DNA of 64,000 nt from an uncultured Pseudomonadota bacterium (GTDB lineage: Bacteria; Myxococcota_A; Polyangia; Fen-1088): contig CAWKBC010000030.1 of assembly GCA_963847705.1 (NCBI GenBank), forward strand, positions 352,001-416,000. The letters are read 5' to 3'. Both the position numbers and the translations under genes were made by a program. Below the pieces are notes generated by a model, which was not told the DNA's origin, searched no databases, and saw nothing but the letters and a program-made list of their open reading frames with translations. Position 1 is the first letter of the stretch; every line of letters begins with the position of its first letter. This document shows, piece by piece, positions 29,460 to 37,425 of the stretch.

Positions 29460-29467
29460 GGACGAGC

Positions 29468-29701
29468 ATGCACGATCGTGATCAGCCGCGTCAGGACATG
29501 GCAGGATTGAAATCGGAGCTTGACCGCCTCGCAGCCGAAGAACAGCGAATCCGTGGTGAGATCGCCGAAGCCCGCCGAATCCTGACGATCGAGCGTGCGG
29601 CGACCCGTCGGCAGCCGTTGAAGTTTGGCGCACTCGGTTGGGCCGCCGTCTCGTTTCTCGTCTCTTTGTTCGCAGGCGCTTTCATTAGATGCGGAGGCTA
29701 G
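29468..29701 (+). CDS. Cassette 20 ORF a: coiled-coil plus C-terminal TM
   Basis: LKSELDRLAAEEQRIRGEIAE followed by a hydrophobic tail. Confidence 0.6.
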   Translation: MHDRDQPRQDMAGLKSELDRLAAEEQRIRGEIAEARRILTIERAATRRQPLKFGALGWAAVSFLVSLFAGAFIRCGG

Positions 29702-29705
29702 GGCT

Positions 29706-29930
29706 GTGTCACCGTTTCGAGACACGGCGGCGAACGCTCTCGAGGTCGCGAAGCGACTCGAAACTCGAATCGTCGAACGCAACGCACTCATCCAGGATTT
29801 GGCTCGCGACCTCGAACATCTGCATCGGCAGATCGCGAGCCATCGCCAGGCTTATCCCATCTGGCCGCGCGCGATCGGGCTGCTAGCCGGTGTTGCGATC
29901 GGCACTGCGGTCCACGTGCTGGTACGATGA
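29706..29930 (+). CDS. Cassette 20 ORF b: coiled-coil plus C-terminal TM
   Basis: GGAGG at 29693, GTG start, heptad region, hydrophobic tail. Confidence 0.55.
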   Translation: MSPFRDTAANALEVAKRLETRIVERNALIQDLARDLEHLHRQIASHRQAYPIWPRAIGLLAGVAIGTAVHVLVR

Positions 29931-29938
29931 CCGACGCC

Positions 29939-29985
29939 GTCCAACCCGGCGTTGAACCCGCCGGGTTAACGCCACGACGTTCGAC
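29939..29985 (+). repeat. attC20 (47 bp, minimal)
   Basis: GTCCAAC-CCGGCGTTGAACCCGCCGGGTTAACGCCACGAC-GTTCGAC. Confidence 0.8.
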
Positions 29986-29993
29986 GGACGACA

Positions 29994-30500
29994 ATGTGCC
30001 TACGTAGCGCCACTCTCGCTTTTGCTCTTCTCCTTTCTCCCATGGCGTGGACAGCGGACAAAATCGCCGAGTTCGGTCTCGTTCTCGAAGCCCCGGGCAA
30101 GTGGTCGAAGGTGCCGAAGGATGACCCGGACTTCACGGTCTATCGCGCGCAGCAAGCACGCGAACAGATCACGATCCGTGTGATGCAATCGAGAAAACGA
30201 ATGGATCCCAAGGCCCGGCAGGAGACAGTCGGTGCCTTGGTTGAACACCGACAGGAGGCTGAACGGCGCGGAGCCGACGGCACTGTGTCCTTCAAGCCAG
30301 TCAAGAGTCTTGAGCGTGGTGGCCTGACGATCGTGACCTACTGCGGAAACGATGGGGGCCGTCCGTTCGCAACTATGGTTCTCGCTTCGGAAGATCGAGC
30401 CTGGACCCTCTTCTACGAAACGCTCGAAAGCCCTGCCGAATCGTTTTGCCCCCGCGCAGAGAAGATGTTCACGACGGTGCGGCAGGCCACGAAGCACTAG
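29994..30500 (+). CDS. Cassette 21: secreted protein (PsbP/DcrB-like fold possible)
   Basis: Signal peptide; LEAPGKWSKV; alpha/beta pattern. Confidence 0.7.
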   Translation: MCLRSATLAFALLLSPMAWTADKIAEFGLVLEAPGKWSKVPKDDPDFTVYRAQQAREQITIRVMQSRKRMDPKARQETVGALVEHRQEAERRGADGTVSFKPVKSLERGGLTIVTYCGNDGGRPFATMVLASEDRAWTLFYETLESPAESFCPRAEKMFTTVRQATKH

Positions 30501-30512
30501 TCTCCGTTGGCC

Positions 30513-30597
30513 GTCGAACCCGCCGTTGCAGTCGGACGGGCGCGTCGGTCGCTGCGCTCCCTCTCGCGCCCGCCGCTGAACGGCAGTATCGTTCGGC
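30513..30597 (+). repeat. attC21 (85 bp)
   Basis: GTCGAAC ... GTTCGGC. Confidence 0.9.
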
Positions 30598-30621
30598 AGA
30601 CAGGGTGACGCCCTTCGAACT

Positions 30622-30861
30622 GTGGGAGCGACGTTGAAATATCTGTCCGGCGAGGCGGTCGTGGCCGGCGACATCGTCCGGGTCACGTTTCGATCGAGTC
30701 CCGTTGAAGCCTACGTGGTTGCCGTTCTGGTCCCAGGAAGCCCCGAGGCGCTGGAGTGGAACGCGCCTGAAGGTGGCATCATGGTCAACTCAGAAGCGAC
30801 TGGGCGGGTCCTCTGGAGCAGAGCTGACGAAGACATGGCGTTCATTTGCCGCAACCCGTGA
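30622..30861 (+). CDS. Cassette 22: small SH3-like hypothetical protein
   Basis: KYLSGEAVVAGDIV...GGIMV...EDMAFICR. Confidence 0.7.
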   Translation: MGATLKYLSGEAVVAGDIVRVTFRSSPVEAYVVAVLVPGSPEALEWNAPEGGIMVNSEATGRVLWSRADEDMAFICRNP

Positions 30862-30866
30862 TCGCT

Positions 30867-31021
30867 GCCGAACCAGCCGTTGCAGCGAACGAACGCCTGC
30901 GCTGGCCGCTCGACGGTGGGCTGATGCCGCGACGGCGCGGGCTGCGCCCGCACCTCCTCGCGGCCGTGTTACGCTCGTGGTGTCCCTTCGGCGTTCGCCG
31001 CTGAACGGCAAAACGTTGGGC
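30867..31021 (+). repeat. attC22 (long type, 155 bp)
   Basis: GCCGAAC ... GTTGGGC. Confidence 0.9.
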
Positions 31022-31031
31022 AGACGAGCGG

Positions 31032-31424
31032 ATGTGGTCCTTCTTCGAGCGCATGTTTGGCAGGCGACCTACAGGCGAAGGATGGGATCTCCGCGTCGAC
31101 CGCACGGGGCGGGGTAGCCCGATTGTCTACCTTGAGGGGACGAACCAGATAGAATTCGACTTCGAGCTGGGCGACGCATGTACGATTTACTGCCCGTCTT
31201 CGGCCGACTGGGATCAGAGGTTCCCATGGGCCGCCGGTCGTCGTCACGAAATCATGGAACGCGTCGGCGCTGAGTTCGTCCGGCGTGAGTTTCGTGGCTA
31301 CACATTCGAGATCGGCGGGGGCGTGCTTCGCCCGCGACTGAACCCGGAAAGGGAACTCTTGGGGTTCGACACGGCCCAGTCGGAGGACATCATCGTCATC
31401 CGCAAGAGGGCCAAGAGGGACTAG
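31032..31424 (+). CDS. Cassette 23: hypothetical protein, no following attC
   Basis: GRGSPIVYLEG, WDQRFPWAAGRR; no GCCCAAC box downstream. Confidence 0.7.
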   Translation: MWSFFERMFGRRPTGEGWDLRVDRTGRGSPIVYLEGTNQIEFDFELGDACTIYCPSSADWDQRFPWAAGRRHEIMERVGAEFVRREFRGYTFEIGGGVLRPRLNPERELLGFDTAQSEDIIVIRKRAKRD

Positions 31425-31559
31425 ATCGCAGGTTCGCGCGGCGACGAACTTTCGCGAGCTTGATCATGTTGGGAAGGTGGATGCGCGCGAGTATCACGAT
31501 GAATTCGAAGTCATCGACTCCGATCTTCGCGTCGGCTGAATGCGCCTCCAGCCACAAGG

Positions 31560-31963
31560 ACTGGAGGGGGCATCTGGGGAGCCCGAAGAGCGGGCGGGCG
31601 TGGGAGGTGCCGCTGACGACGCGGACGCTCGATGCAGTGAAGGCGGTCAGGCATTTACGGAGCCAGCTGGTGTTCTGTCAGGATGACGGTGCTCCATGGA
31701 CGGTGACGATGATGCCAATGGGGCTCCCGCGACAGGAGAAGAGGGCAGGGCTGACGGGGCGGGGGAAGTGGCACCGACAGAGACACACGTTCTGTAGCCA
31801 CCCGGCGATGCGTGGAGCGACGGCGATCGAGATCAAAGACCTGGCCGGACATCGATCGATCGCGACCTCGAACCGCAACATACATCTGGCGCCCGAGCGA
31901 CGCCGGACGGCCATGGCCCTGCTGGAGATGGGGCGTGGCGAGAGCGTGGCGAGAAGCAGCTAG
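31560..31963 (+). pseudogene. Decayed phage-type tyrosine recombinase, C-terminal fragment
   Basis: PKSGR..VPL, WHRQRHTFCSH, KDLAGH..IATSNRNIHL (catalytic Tyr lost); N-terminus missing; abuts the tRNA-His 3' end. Confidence 0.75.
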
Positions 31964-31987
31964 GGAGAACCTAACTGCTTGAAATTC

Positions 31988-32064
31988 TGGGGTGAGTGAC
32001 GGGGATTGAACCCGCAACCCTCGGTGCCACAGACCGATGCTCTACCAATTGAGCTACACCCACC
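31988..32064 (-). tRNA. tRNA-His(GUG)
   Basis: GGTGGGTGTAGCTCAATTGGTAGAGCATCGGTCTGTGGCACCGAGG...GGTTCAATCCCCGTCACTCACCCCA. Confidence 0.95.
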
Positions 32065-32120
32065 AGGTGTCGATATTCAGTTTTCATTCAACACTGCGTC
32101 GCCGCGGTGTTTTGCGGCGG

Positions 32121-32194
32121 CGCGCCCGGCAGGAGTCGAACCTGCGACCCTCGGCTTAGAAGGCCGATGCTCTATCCAGTTGAGCTACGGGCGC
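32121..32194 (-). tRNA. tRNA-Arg(UCU)
   Basis: GCGCCCGTAGCTCAACTGGATAGAGCATCGGCCTTCTAAGCCGA...GGTTCGACTCCTGCCGGGCGCG; CCA not encoded. Confidence 0.95.
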
Positions 32195-32255
32195 ATGCTT
32201 ATGCCTGGGGAGTTTACCCGTCAAGCCAGATTCCTTCGACGGCCTATTCGATTTC

Positions 32256-33443
32256 CTATTCGACCTCTTGCAGCTCGCGCGCCGAAAGGCCCAAAAGATA
32301 GAGGATGGCGTCGAGGCCGGCGCCCGAAATACTGGTGTCGGCCCGCTCGCGCAGCTTGGCCTTGGCGTGGAAGGCGATCCCCAGTCCGGCGCGCTCCAGC
32401 ATGAGCGCGTCGTTGGCGCCGTCGCCGACGGCGATCACCTGGTCGAGGAGCACCCCCTCGGCCTGGGCGATGGTCTCCAGGAGCTCGGCCTTGCGCTGGG
32501 CGTTGACGATCGGTCCCATCACCCGGCCGGTCAGCTTGCCCCCCACGACCTCCAGGTTGTTCGAGTAGGCGTAGTCGAGCTCGAGCCGGCGCTTGAGGGC
32601 GTCGGCGGCGCGCGAGAAGCCGCCGCTGATGACGGCGATCTTGTAGCCGAGGCGCTTGAGGACGCGGACCATCCGCTCGGCGCCCTCGGTGAGCGGGAGA
32701 TCGGAGGCGATCTGATCGAGCACCTTCACGTCCAGCCCGGCCAGCAGTGAGACGCGCTGGCGCAGCGACTCGTCGTAGTCCATCTCCCCCGCCATGGCGC
32801 GCTCGGTGATGCGCGAGACCTCGGGGCCGACGCCGGCGGCGCGCGCCAGCTCGTCGATCACCTCGATCCGGATCAGCGTCGAGTCCATGTCGAGGACGAC
32901 GAGGCGCTTCGAGCGCCGGAAGAGGCTCTCCGGCTGCAGCGAGACGTCGAAGCCGGTGGTGGTCGCCACCTGGAGCAGCGCCCGCTTCAGCGGCTCGCTG
33001 TCCTTGTCGGGCGGCAAGAGCGCGTGGATCTCCACCGAGGCCAGCGTGTTTTCCGACAGGCGCCCGATCTTCTCGATGTTGGCCCCCTCGGCGGCGAGCG
33101 TGGTGGCGATGGCGTGCAGGTGCGATGCCCCCAGCGTCGGTCCGATCGCGGTGATGACGTAGCGCCGCCCCTCGGGCGGAGGCTCGGGCGCCGCCTGGTC
33201 GGCGGGGACCGGCTTGAAGTCGAGCTCCATCTCCAGCTGCTTGGCCGCGAAGAGCAGCTCCTTCAGCACGTCGCGCGTCTCGGGGACGCCGATCAGCAGA
33301 CAGAGGGTGAGCTGACCCTGAACCACGACCTGCTCGATGTCGTGCAAGGTTGCGCCTTGCTGCGACAGGATGCCGGTCAGGGTGGCGGTGACGCCGGTGC
33401 GATCGGGGCCGGTGACGGTGACGAGGACGCGGTCGGATGCCAA
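32256..33443 (-). CDS. serB: Phosphoserine phosphatase with two ACT domains
   Basis: VTVTGPDRTG, LDMDSTLIRIEVIDELA, ISGGF, VGDGANDA; TTG start inferred. Confidence 0.92.
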   Translation of the reverse strand: MASDRVLVTVTGPDRTGVTATLTGILSQQGATLHDIEQVVVQGQLTLCLLIGVPETRDVLKELLFAAKQLEMELDFKPVPADQAAPEPPPEGRRYVITAIGPTLGASHLHAIATTLAAEGANIEKIGRLSENTLASVEIHALLPPDKDSEPLKRALLQVATTTGFDVSLQPESLFRRSKRLVVLDMDSTLIRIEVIDELARAAGVGPEVSRITERAMAGEMDYDESLRQRVSLLAGLDVKVLDQIASDLPLTEGAERMVRVLKRLGYKIAVISGGFSRAADALKRRLELDYAYSNNLEVVGGKLTGRVMGPIVNAQRKAELLETIAQAEGVLLDQVIAVGDGANDALMLERAGLGIAFHAKAKLRERADTSISGAGLDAILYLLGLSARELQEVE

Positions 33444-33477
33444 AGCGGCGGCAGCATAGCAGGATATACTTCCGCGC

Positions 33478-33900
33478 ATGGCCCCTCCGGACGACAGCGA
33501 AAAAGTGGAGAAGACCGACGCCGAGTGGCGCGCAGCGCTGAGCCGCGACGAGTACGAGGTGCTGCGGCGCAAGGGGACCGAGCGGGCCTTCTCGGGGGCC
33601 TACTGGAACGCCCACGGCGACGCCGCGTATCTGTGCGCCGGGTGCGGCGCCCAGCTTTTTTCGTCGGAGGCCAAGTTCGACTCGGGGACCGGCTGGCCCA
33701 GCTTCACCGCGCCGGCCGACCCCGGGGCCGTCGCCACCGAGACCGACAGCTCGCACGGGATGCTGCGCACCGAGGTCACCTGCAGCCGTTGCGGCGGCCA
33801 CCTGGGCCACCTCTTCAACGACGGGCCCGCCCCGACCGGCCAGCGCTACTGCATCAACTCGATCTCGCTCAAGGCCAAGCCGAGCAAGACCGAGAAGTAG
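33478..33900 (+). CDS. msrB: Peptide-methionine (R)-S-oxide reductase
   Basis: GTERAF, KFDSGTGWPSF, GHLGHLF.DGP, RYCINS. Confidence 0.95.
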   Translation: MAPPDDSEKVEKTDAEWRAALSRDEYEVLRRKGTERAFSGAYWNAHGDAAYLCAGCGAQLFSSEAKFDSGTGWPSFTAPADPGAVATETDSSHGMLRTEVTCSRCGGHLGHLFNDGPAPTGQRYCINSISLKAKPSKTEK

Positions 33901-34011
33901 CCGGCCGAGCGGGGGCGCCTAGGAAGGGCGTCGCCGAAAGGCGACGGTGAGCGAAGCGGACGATGGACACTGGCCCGACGACGTGCCGCCCGGTAGGCGG
34001 CCTCAGGCGGC

Positions 34012-34284
34012 CTAAGCCCCGGCGGCGGCCGCGGTGCCCACGTAGAGCGTGGGGTCGGCGACGAACTGCTCGTGGCAGGCCTCCGAGCAGAAGAAATAGA
34101 CCGTCCCGTGGTAGTCGACCGCCGCCGCAGCGTCGGCGCGCTTCAGCTCCCGGCCGCAGACCGGGTCGATTGCGGAAGCCATCTCGATCTCCTCCCGGTC
34201 ACCGAAGGCGATCCGGCCATTGTCCAACGAGTCCGTCACGCGGGTCATGGGCGCCAAACTGATCACCCGACGGACAAAGTCCAC
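34012..34284 (-). CDS. YHS domain protein
   Basis: DPVCG...YHGTVYFFCSEAC...F.ADP..Y. Confidence 0.8.
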   Translation of the reverse strand: MDFVRRVISLAPMTRVTDSLDNGRIAFGDREEIEMASAIDPVCGRELKRADAAAAVDYHGTVYFFCSEACHEQFVADPTLYVGTAAAAGA

Positions 34285-34319
34285 TGGTGGTGGGCCATGG
34301 TCCGGCTATATTCCCACGC

Positions 34320-34712
34320 ATGAGCCACGAGGGTTACCACGAGTCGGCCGACCTCTTGCCCGAGGCGACCAAGGACTTTCACCGCGCCATTGAATCTCTG
34401 ATCGAGGAGCTCGAGGCGGTCGACTGGTATCAGCAGCGCGCCGACGCCACCAAGGAAGAGACCTTGCGGGCGGTGCTGCTCCACAACCGCAACGAAGAGG
34501 TCGAGCACGCCATGATGACGCTGGAATGGTTGCGCCGCCGCGACGCCAAGATCGACGAGACCGCCCGGATGTTCCTGTTCGCCGAGGGGGAGATCACCGA
34601 GATCGAGGCGGCCAAGAAGGCGGCCCTGGCTGGTTCGGGTGGAGGCTCGCCCGCGCCGTCGGCCCCGTCGTCCTCGCCGTCGCTCGGTATCGGAAGCCTG
34701 AGGAGCCGATAA
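34320..34712 (+). CDS. Encapsulated ferritin-like cargo (EncFtn/Flp)
   Basis: HRAIESLIEELEAVDWYQQR, HNRNEEVEHA; C-terminal targeting peptide SLGIGSLR. Confidence 0.92.
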   Translation: MSHEGYHESADLLPEATKDFHRAIESLIEELEAVDWYQQRADATKEETLRAVLLHNRNEEVEHAMMTLEWLRRRDAKIDETARMFLFAEGEITEIEAAKKAALAGSGGGSPAPSAPSSSPSLGIGSLRSR

Positions 34713-35521
34713 TGGCCGCCGATCTGCTGAAGCGAAATCACGCCCCGGTCACGGCGGACGCGCTCGGCGCCATCGATGCCGAGGCCGCCCGCGTGTTGAA
34801 GCTGAACCTGGCGGGGCGCCGTCTGGTCGACTTCAAGGGCCCGTTCGGCTGGCACGACGCCGCCGTCAACACCGGGCGCCTCGCGCCCATTGGCGGCGGG
34901 AAGACGCCGGCCGTCGAGCTGATGCTGCGGCAGGTCCAGCCGCTGATCGAATTGCGCGTTCCGATGCAGCTCTCGCTGGCCGAGCTGGACGCCATCCCGC
35001 GTGGCGCTGCCGACCCCGACCTGAATCCCGTCGTCGAAGCCGCGGAGCGGGCCGCTCACGCCGAGGACTCCGCGATCTTCAACGGCCTGGAGTCGGCGGG
35101 CATCAAGGGGATCATCCCCTCGAGCCCGCACAAGCCGCACCAGATGCCGGCCGACGTGCGCCAGCTCCCGGCCGCCATCCTGGCGGCGCGGGAGACGCTG
35201 CGCGAGGCGGGGATCAGCGGTCCCTACGCGCTGGCGCTCTCCACGCCGATCTACGCGCAGGTGCTGGCCGCGGCGGAGGACGGCTACCCGCTGGCCAAGC
35301 GGCTCACCCAGCAGGTGCTGGACGGACCGCTGGTGCGCGCGCCGGCCATCGATGGCGGCGTCTTGCTGTCACTTCGCGGCGGTGACTACGAGCTGCACGT
35401 CGGACAGGATCTCTCGGTCGGCTACGCCGGTCACGATCAGAAGACGGTGGAGTTCTTCATCACCGAGTCGTTCACGTTCCGGACGCTGGAGCCGGCAGCG
35501 GCGGTGGCGCTTCTCCGCTGA
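34712..35521 (+). CDS. Family 1 encapsulin shell protein
   Basis: DLLKRNHAP, GRRLVDFKGPFGW, AEDSAIFNG, GQDLSVGY, ESFTFR; TAATG coupling. Confidence 0.92.
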   Translation: MAADLLKRNHAPVTADALGAIDAEAARVLKLNLAGRRLVDFKGPFGWHDAAVNTGRLAPIGGGKTPAVELMLRQVQPLIELRVPMQLSLAELDAIPRGAADPDLNPVVEAAERAAHAEDSAIFNGLESAGIKGIIPSSPHKPHQMPADVRQLPAAILAARETLREAGISGPYALALSTPIYAQVLAAAEDGYPLAKRLTQQVLDGPLVRAPAIDGGVLLSLRGGDYELHVGQDLSVGYAGHDQKTVEFFITESFTFRTLEPAAAVALLR

Positions 35522-35927
35522 GCAGCGCACGCAGCACCTTCGGAAGCCGCGCGGCCTTCCCGCGCGCGTCGATGCAGGCGTGCACCGTGTGGCCCGAGGC
35601 CAGCTCTTCTCCGTCGGGCAGGCGGCGGATCTCGTAGACGAAGCGCGCCGTCGCGCCGGTCACCACCGGCACGGCGGCGAAGATCCCCAGCTCGTCGTCG
35701 TAGCGCGCCGGCCGCCGGTAATGAACCGTCGCCTCGATGACCGGGAGGCGCAACCCGTGCGTCTCCTCGAAGGCGCGGTAAGGGGCGCCGGCGCGGCGCA
35801 GGAGCTCGTTGCGCGCGATCTCGAAGTAACGCAGGTAGTTGCCGTAATAGACCATCCCCATCTGATCGGTGTCGCCGTAGATCACGCGCACGCGCGCCAC
35901 CTCGGAGAGCTCGGCCGTACTCGACAT
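35472..35927 (-). CDS. YbgC/FadM-family acyl-CoA thioesterase
   Basis: RVIYGDTDQMGMVYYGNYLRYFE. Confidence 0.9.
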   Translation of the reverse strand: MSSTAELSEVARVRVIYGDTDQMGMVYYGNYLRYFEIARNELLRRAGAPYRAFEETHGLRLPVIEATVHYRRPARYDDELGIFAAVPVVTGATARFVYEIRRLPDGEELASGHTVHACIDARGKAARLPKVLRALLSGEAPPPLPAPASGT

Positions 35928-36030
35928 CGCCCCAGCTTAGACCAAGTTGGACCGTCAGCCCGACCGTGGCGCCATTGTTGGATTTGGCTTTTTTTCCCCT
36001 CCGTTCTGGGCCTCCGTTTAGGATGCGCGC

Positions 36031-37386
36031 ATGCCCCCCTCGATCCCTCTGACCGGCGACGCCGCGGCGACGGTCGAACTGGAAGCCGCCCCGCCGACCT
36101 ACAAGAACCCGTTCCTCTGGGTTCCCTCGAGCTACCTGACGATGGGGCTCATCTACGTCGCGGTCGGCACCGTCGCCAACATCATGTTCCGCAACATGGG
36201 GATGGAGAACGACAAGGCGGCGTTCTGGTCGTCGATCCTCGGCTTCCCCTACACGTTCAAGTTTCTCTGGGCGCCGGCGCTGGAGCTCTACAAGACGAAG
36301 AAGTTCTTCGTCGTCCTCATGCAGTTCGCCATCTCGGCGGCGTTGGTCGGGATTGCGCTCGGTCTTCGCCTGCCGGGCACGAGCTGGGTCGGCCCGGTGC
36401 TGACGCTGGTGGCGATCACCGCGGTCCTCGGCGCCACGCAGGACATCGGCACCGACGGTGTCTACGTGACCACGCTGTCGCCCAAGGAGCAGGCCAAGTA
36501 CCTGGGCTTCCAGAGCATGTGCTGGAACGGGGGCGCGCTGCTCGCCAAGGGGCCGTTCGTGCGCATCAGCGGCGTGCTGCACGAGAGCACGCAGAGCTGG
36601 GCCAACGCCTGGATGATCATCATGCTGGCCATGGGTGGGCTGGTCTTCCTGGCCGGCTTCTGGCACAGCCGGATCCTGCCGCCGGGCGCGAAGGCGAAAG
36701 AAGCGCCCAAGAGCTTCGGCGACGCGATGCGGACCTTCGGGGACGCGCTCTCCACGTTCCGCCTCAAGAAGGACATCGGCCGCCTGGTCGCCTTCGCGTT
36801 CTTCTACCGGTTCGCCTACGGGCTGCTCGACAAGATGGGCCCGCTGTTCCTGATCGACAGCCGCGCCAACCACGGCCTGGGCCTCTCGAACCAGGCGATC
36901 GGCGACGTCTACGGCACGTTCGGCACGGGCGCCTTCATCATCGGATCGCTGGTGGGCGGCTGGATCGTGTCGCGCGCCGGGCTCAAGAAGACGCTGCTGC
37001 TGCTCTGTTTCTGCATCAACGTCCCCAACGTGACGTTCCTCTTCCTCAGCCAGACGATGCCGACCAGCATGGCCCTCATCACCGTCGTCGTGACCGTCGA
37101 GCAGCTCGGCTGGGGGATCGGCGCGGTCGGTCACATGATCTACATGATGCAGCAGATCGCGCCGGGTCCTTACAAGACCGCGCACTACACCTTCGCCACG
37201 GCGCTCATGGGGGCCTGCATGATGTCGACGGGCGCGGTCAGCGGCTACGTCCAGAAGGCGGTCGGCTACCAGTGGTTCTTCATCATCGTGCTGCTGGCGG
37301 CCGCCCCGTCGCTTCTGGCCACGATCCTGGCGCCGTTCCACAATCCCGACGTCACCAAGCAGAAGACCGCCCAAGCGACCGCCTGA
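36031..37386 (+). CDS. ampG: AmpG-like MFS muropeptide permease
   Basis: NPFLWVPSSY, KFLWAP, ATQDIGTDGVY, YKTAHY; multiple TM segments. Confidence 0.75.
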   Translation: MPPSIPLTGDAAATVELEAAPPTYKNPFLWVPSSYLTMGLIYVAVGTVANIMFRNMGMENDKAAFWSSILGFPYTFKFLWAPALELYKTKKFFVVLMQFAISAALVGIALGLRLPGTSWVGPVLTLVAITAVLGATQDIGTDGVYVTTLSPKEQAKYLGFQSMCWNGGALLAKGPFVRISGVLHESTQSWANAWMIIMLAMGGLVFLAGFWHSRILPPGAKAKEAPKSFGDAMRTFGDALSTFRLKKDIGRLVAFAFFYRFAYGLLDKMGPLFLIDSRANHGLGLSNQAIGDVYGTFGTGAFIIGSLVGGWIVSRAGLKKTLLLLCFCINVPNVTFLFLSQTMPTSMALITVVVTVEQLGWGIGAVGHMIYMMQQIAPGPYKTAHYTFATALMGACMMSTGAVSGYVQKAVGYQWFFIIVLLAAAPSLLATILAPFHNPDVTKQKTAQATA

Positions 37387-37425
37387 GTCGCCATCGTCCA
37401 CCTCGGTCGCCGGCCAGGCCGGAGA

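Larger units (their letters stand above)
17853..31424 (+). mobile_element. Integron gene-cassette array without integrase (CALIN): 22 attC sites, 23 cassettes
   Basis: Short ORFs each followed by an AAC...GTT imperfect palindrome with L boxes and an extrahelical G; each cassette's 5' GTTnnnC complements its own 3' GnnnAAC. Confidence 0.95.

Noticed and set aside
19752-31021. Recurrent repeats as a CRISPR array
   Set aside because: Repeats are 47-155 bp, heterogeneous and separated by whole genes; no cas genes; they have attC box structure
31460-31963. Tyrosine recombinase as the integron integrase
   Set aside because: It lies at the distal end in the same orientation, lacks IntI motifs (HSFATHLL, DIRTVQELLGH, TTMIYTH) and the catalytic Tyr; it resembles phage integrases
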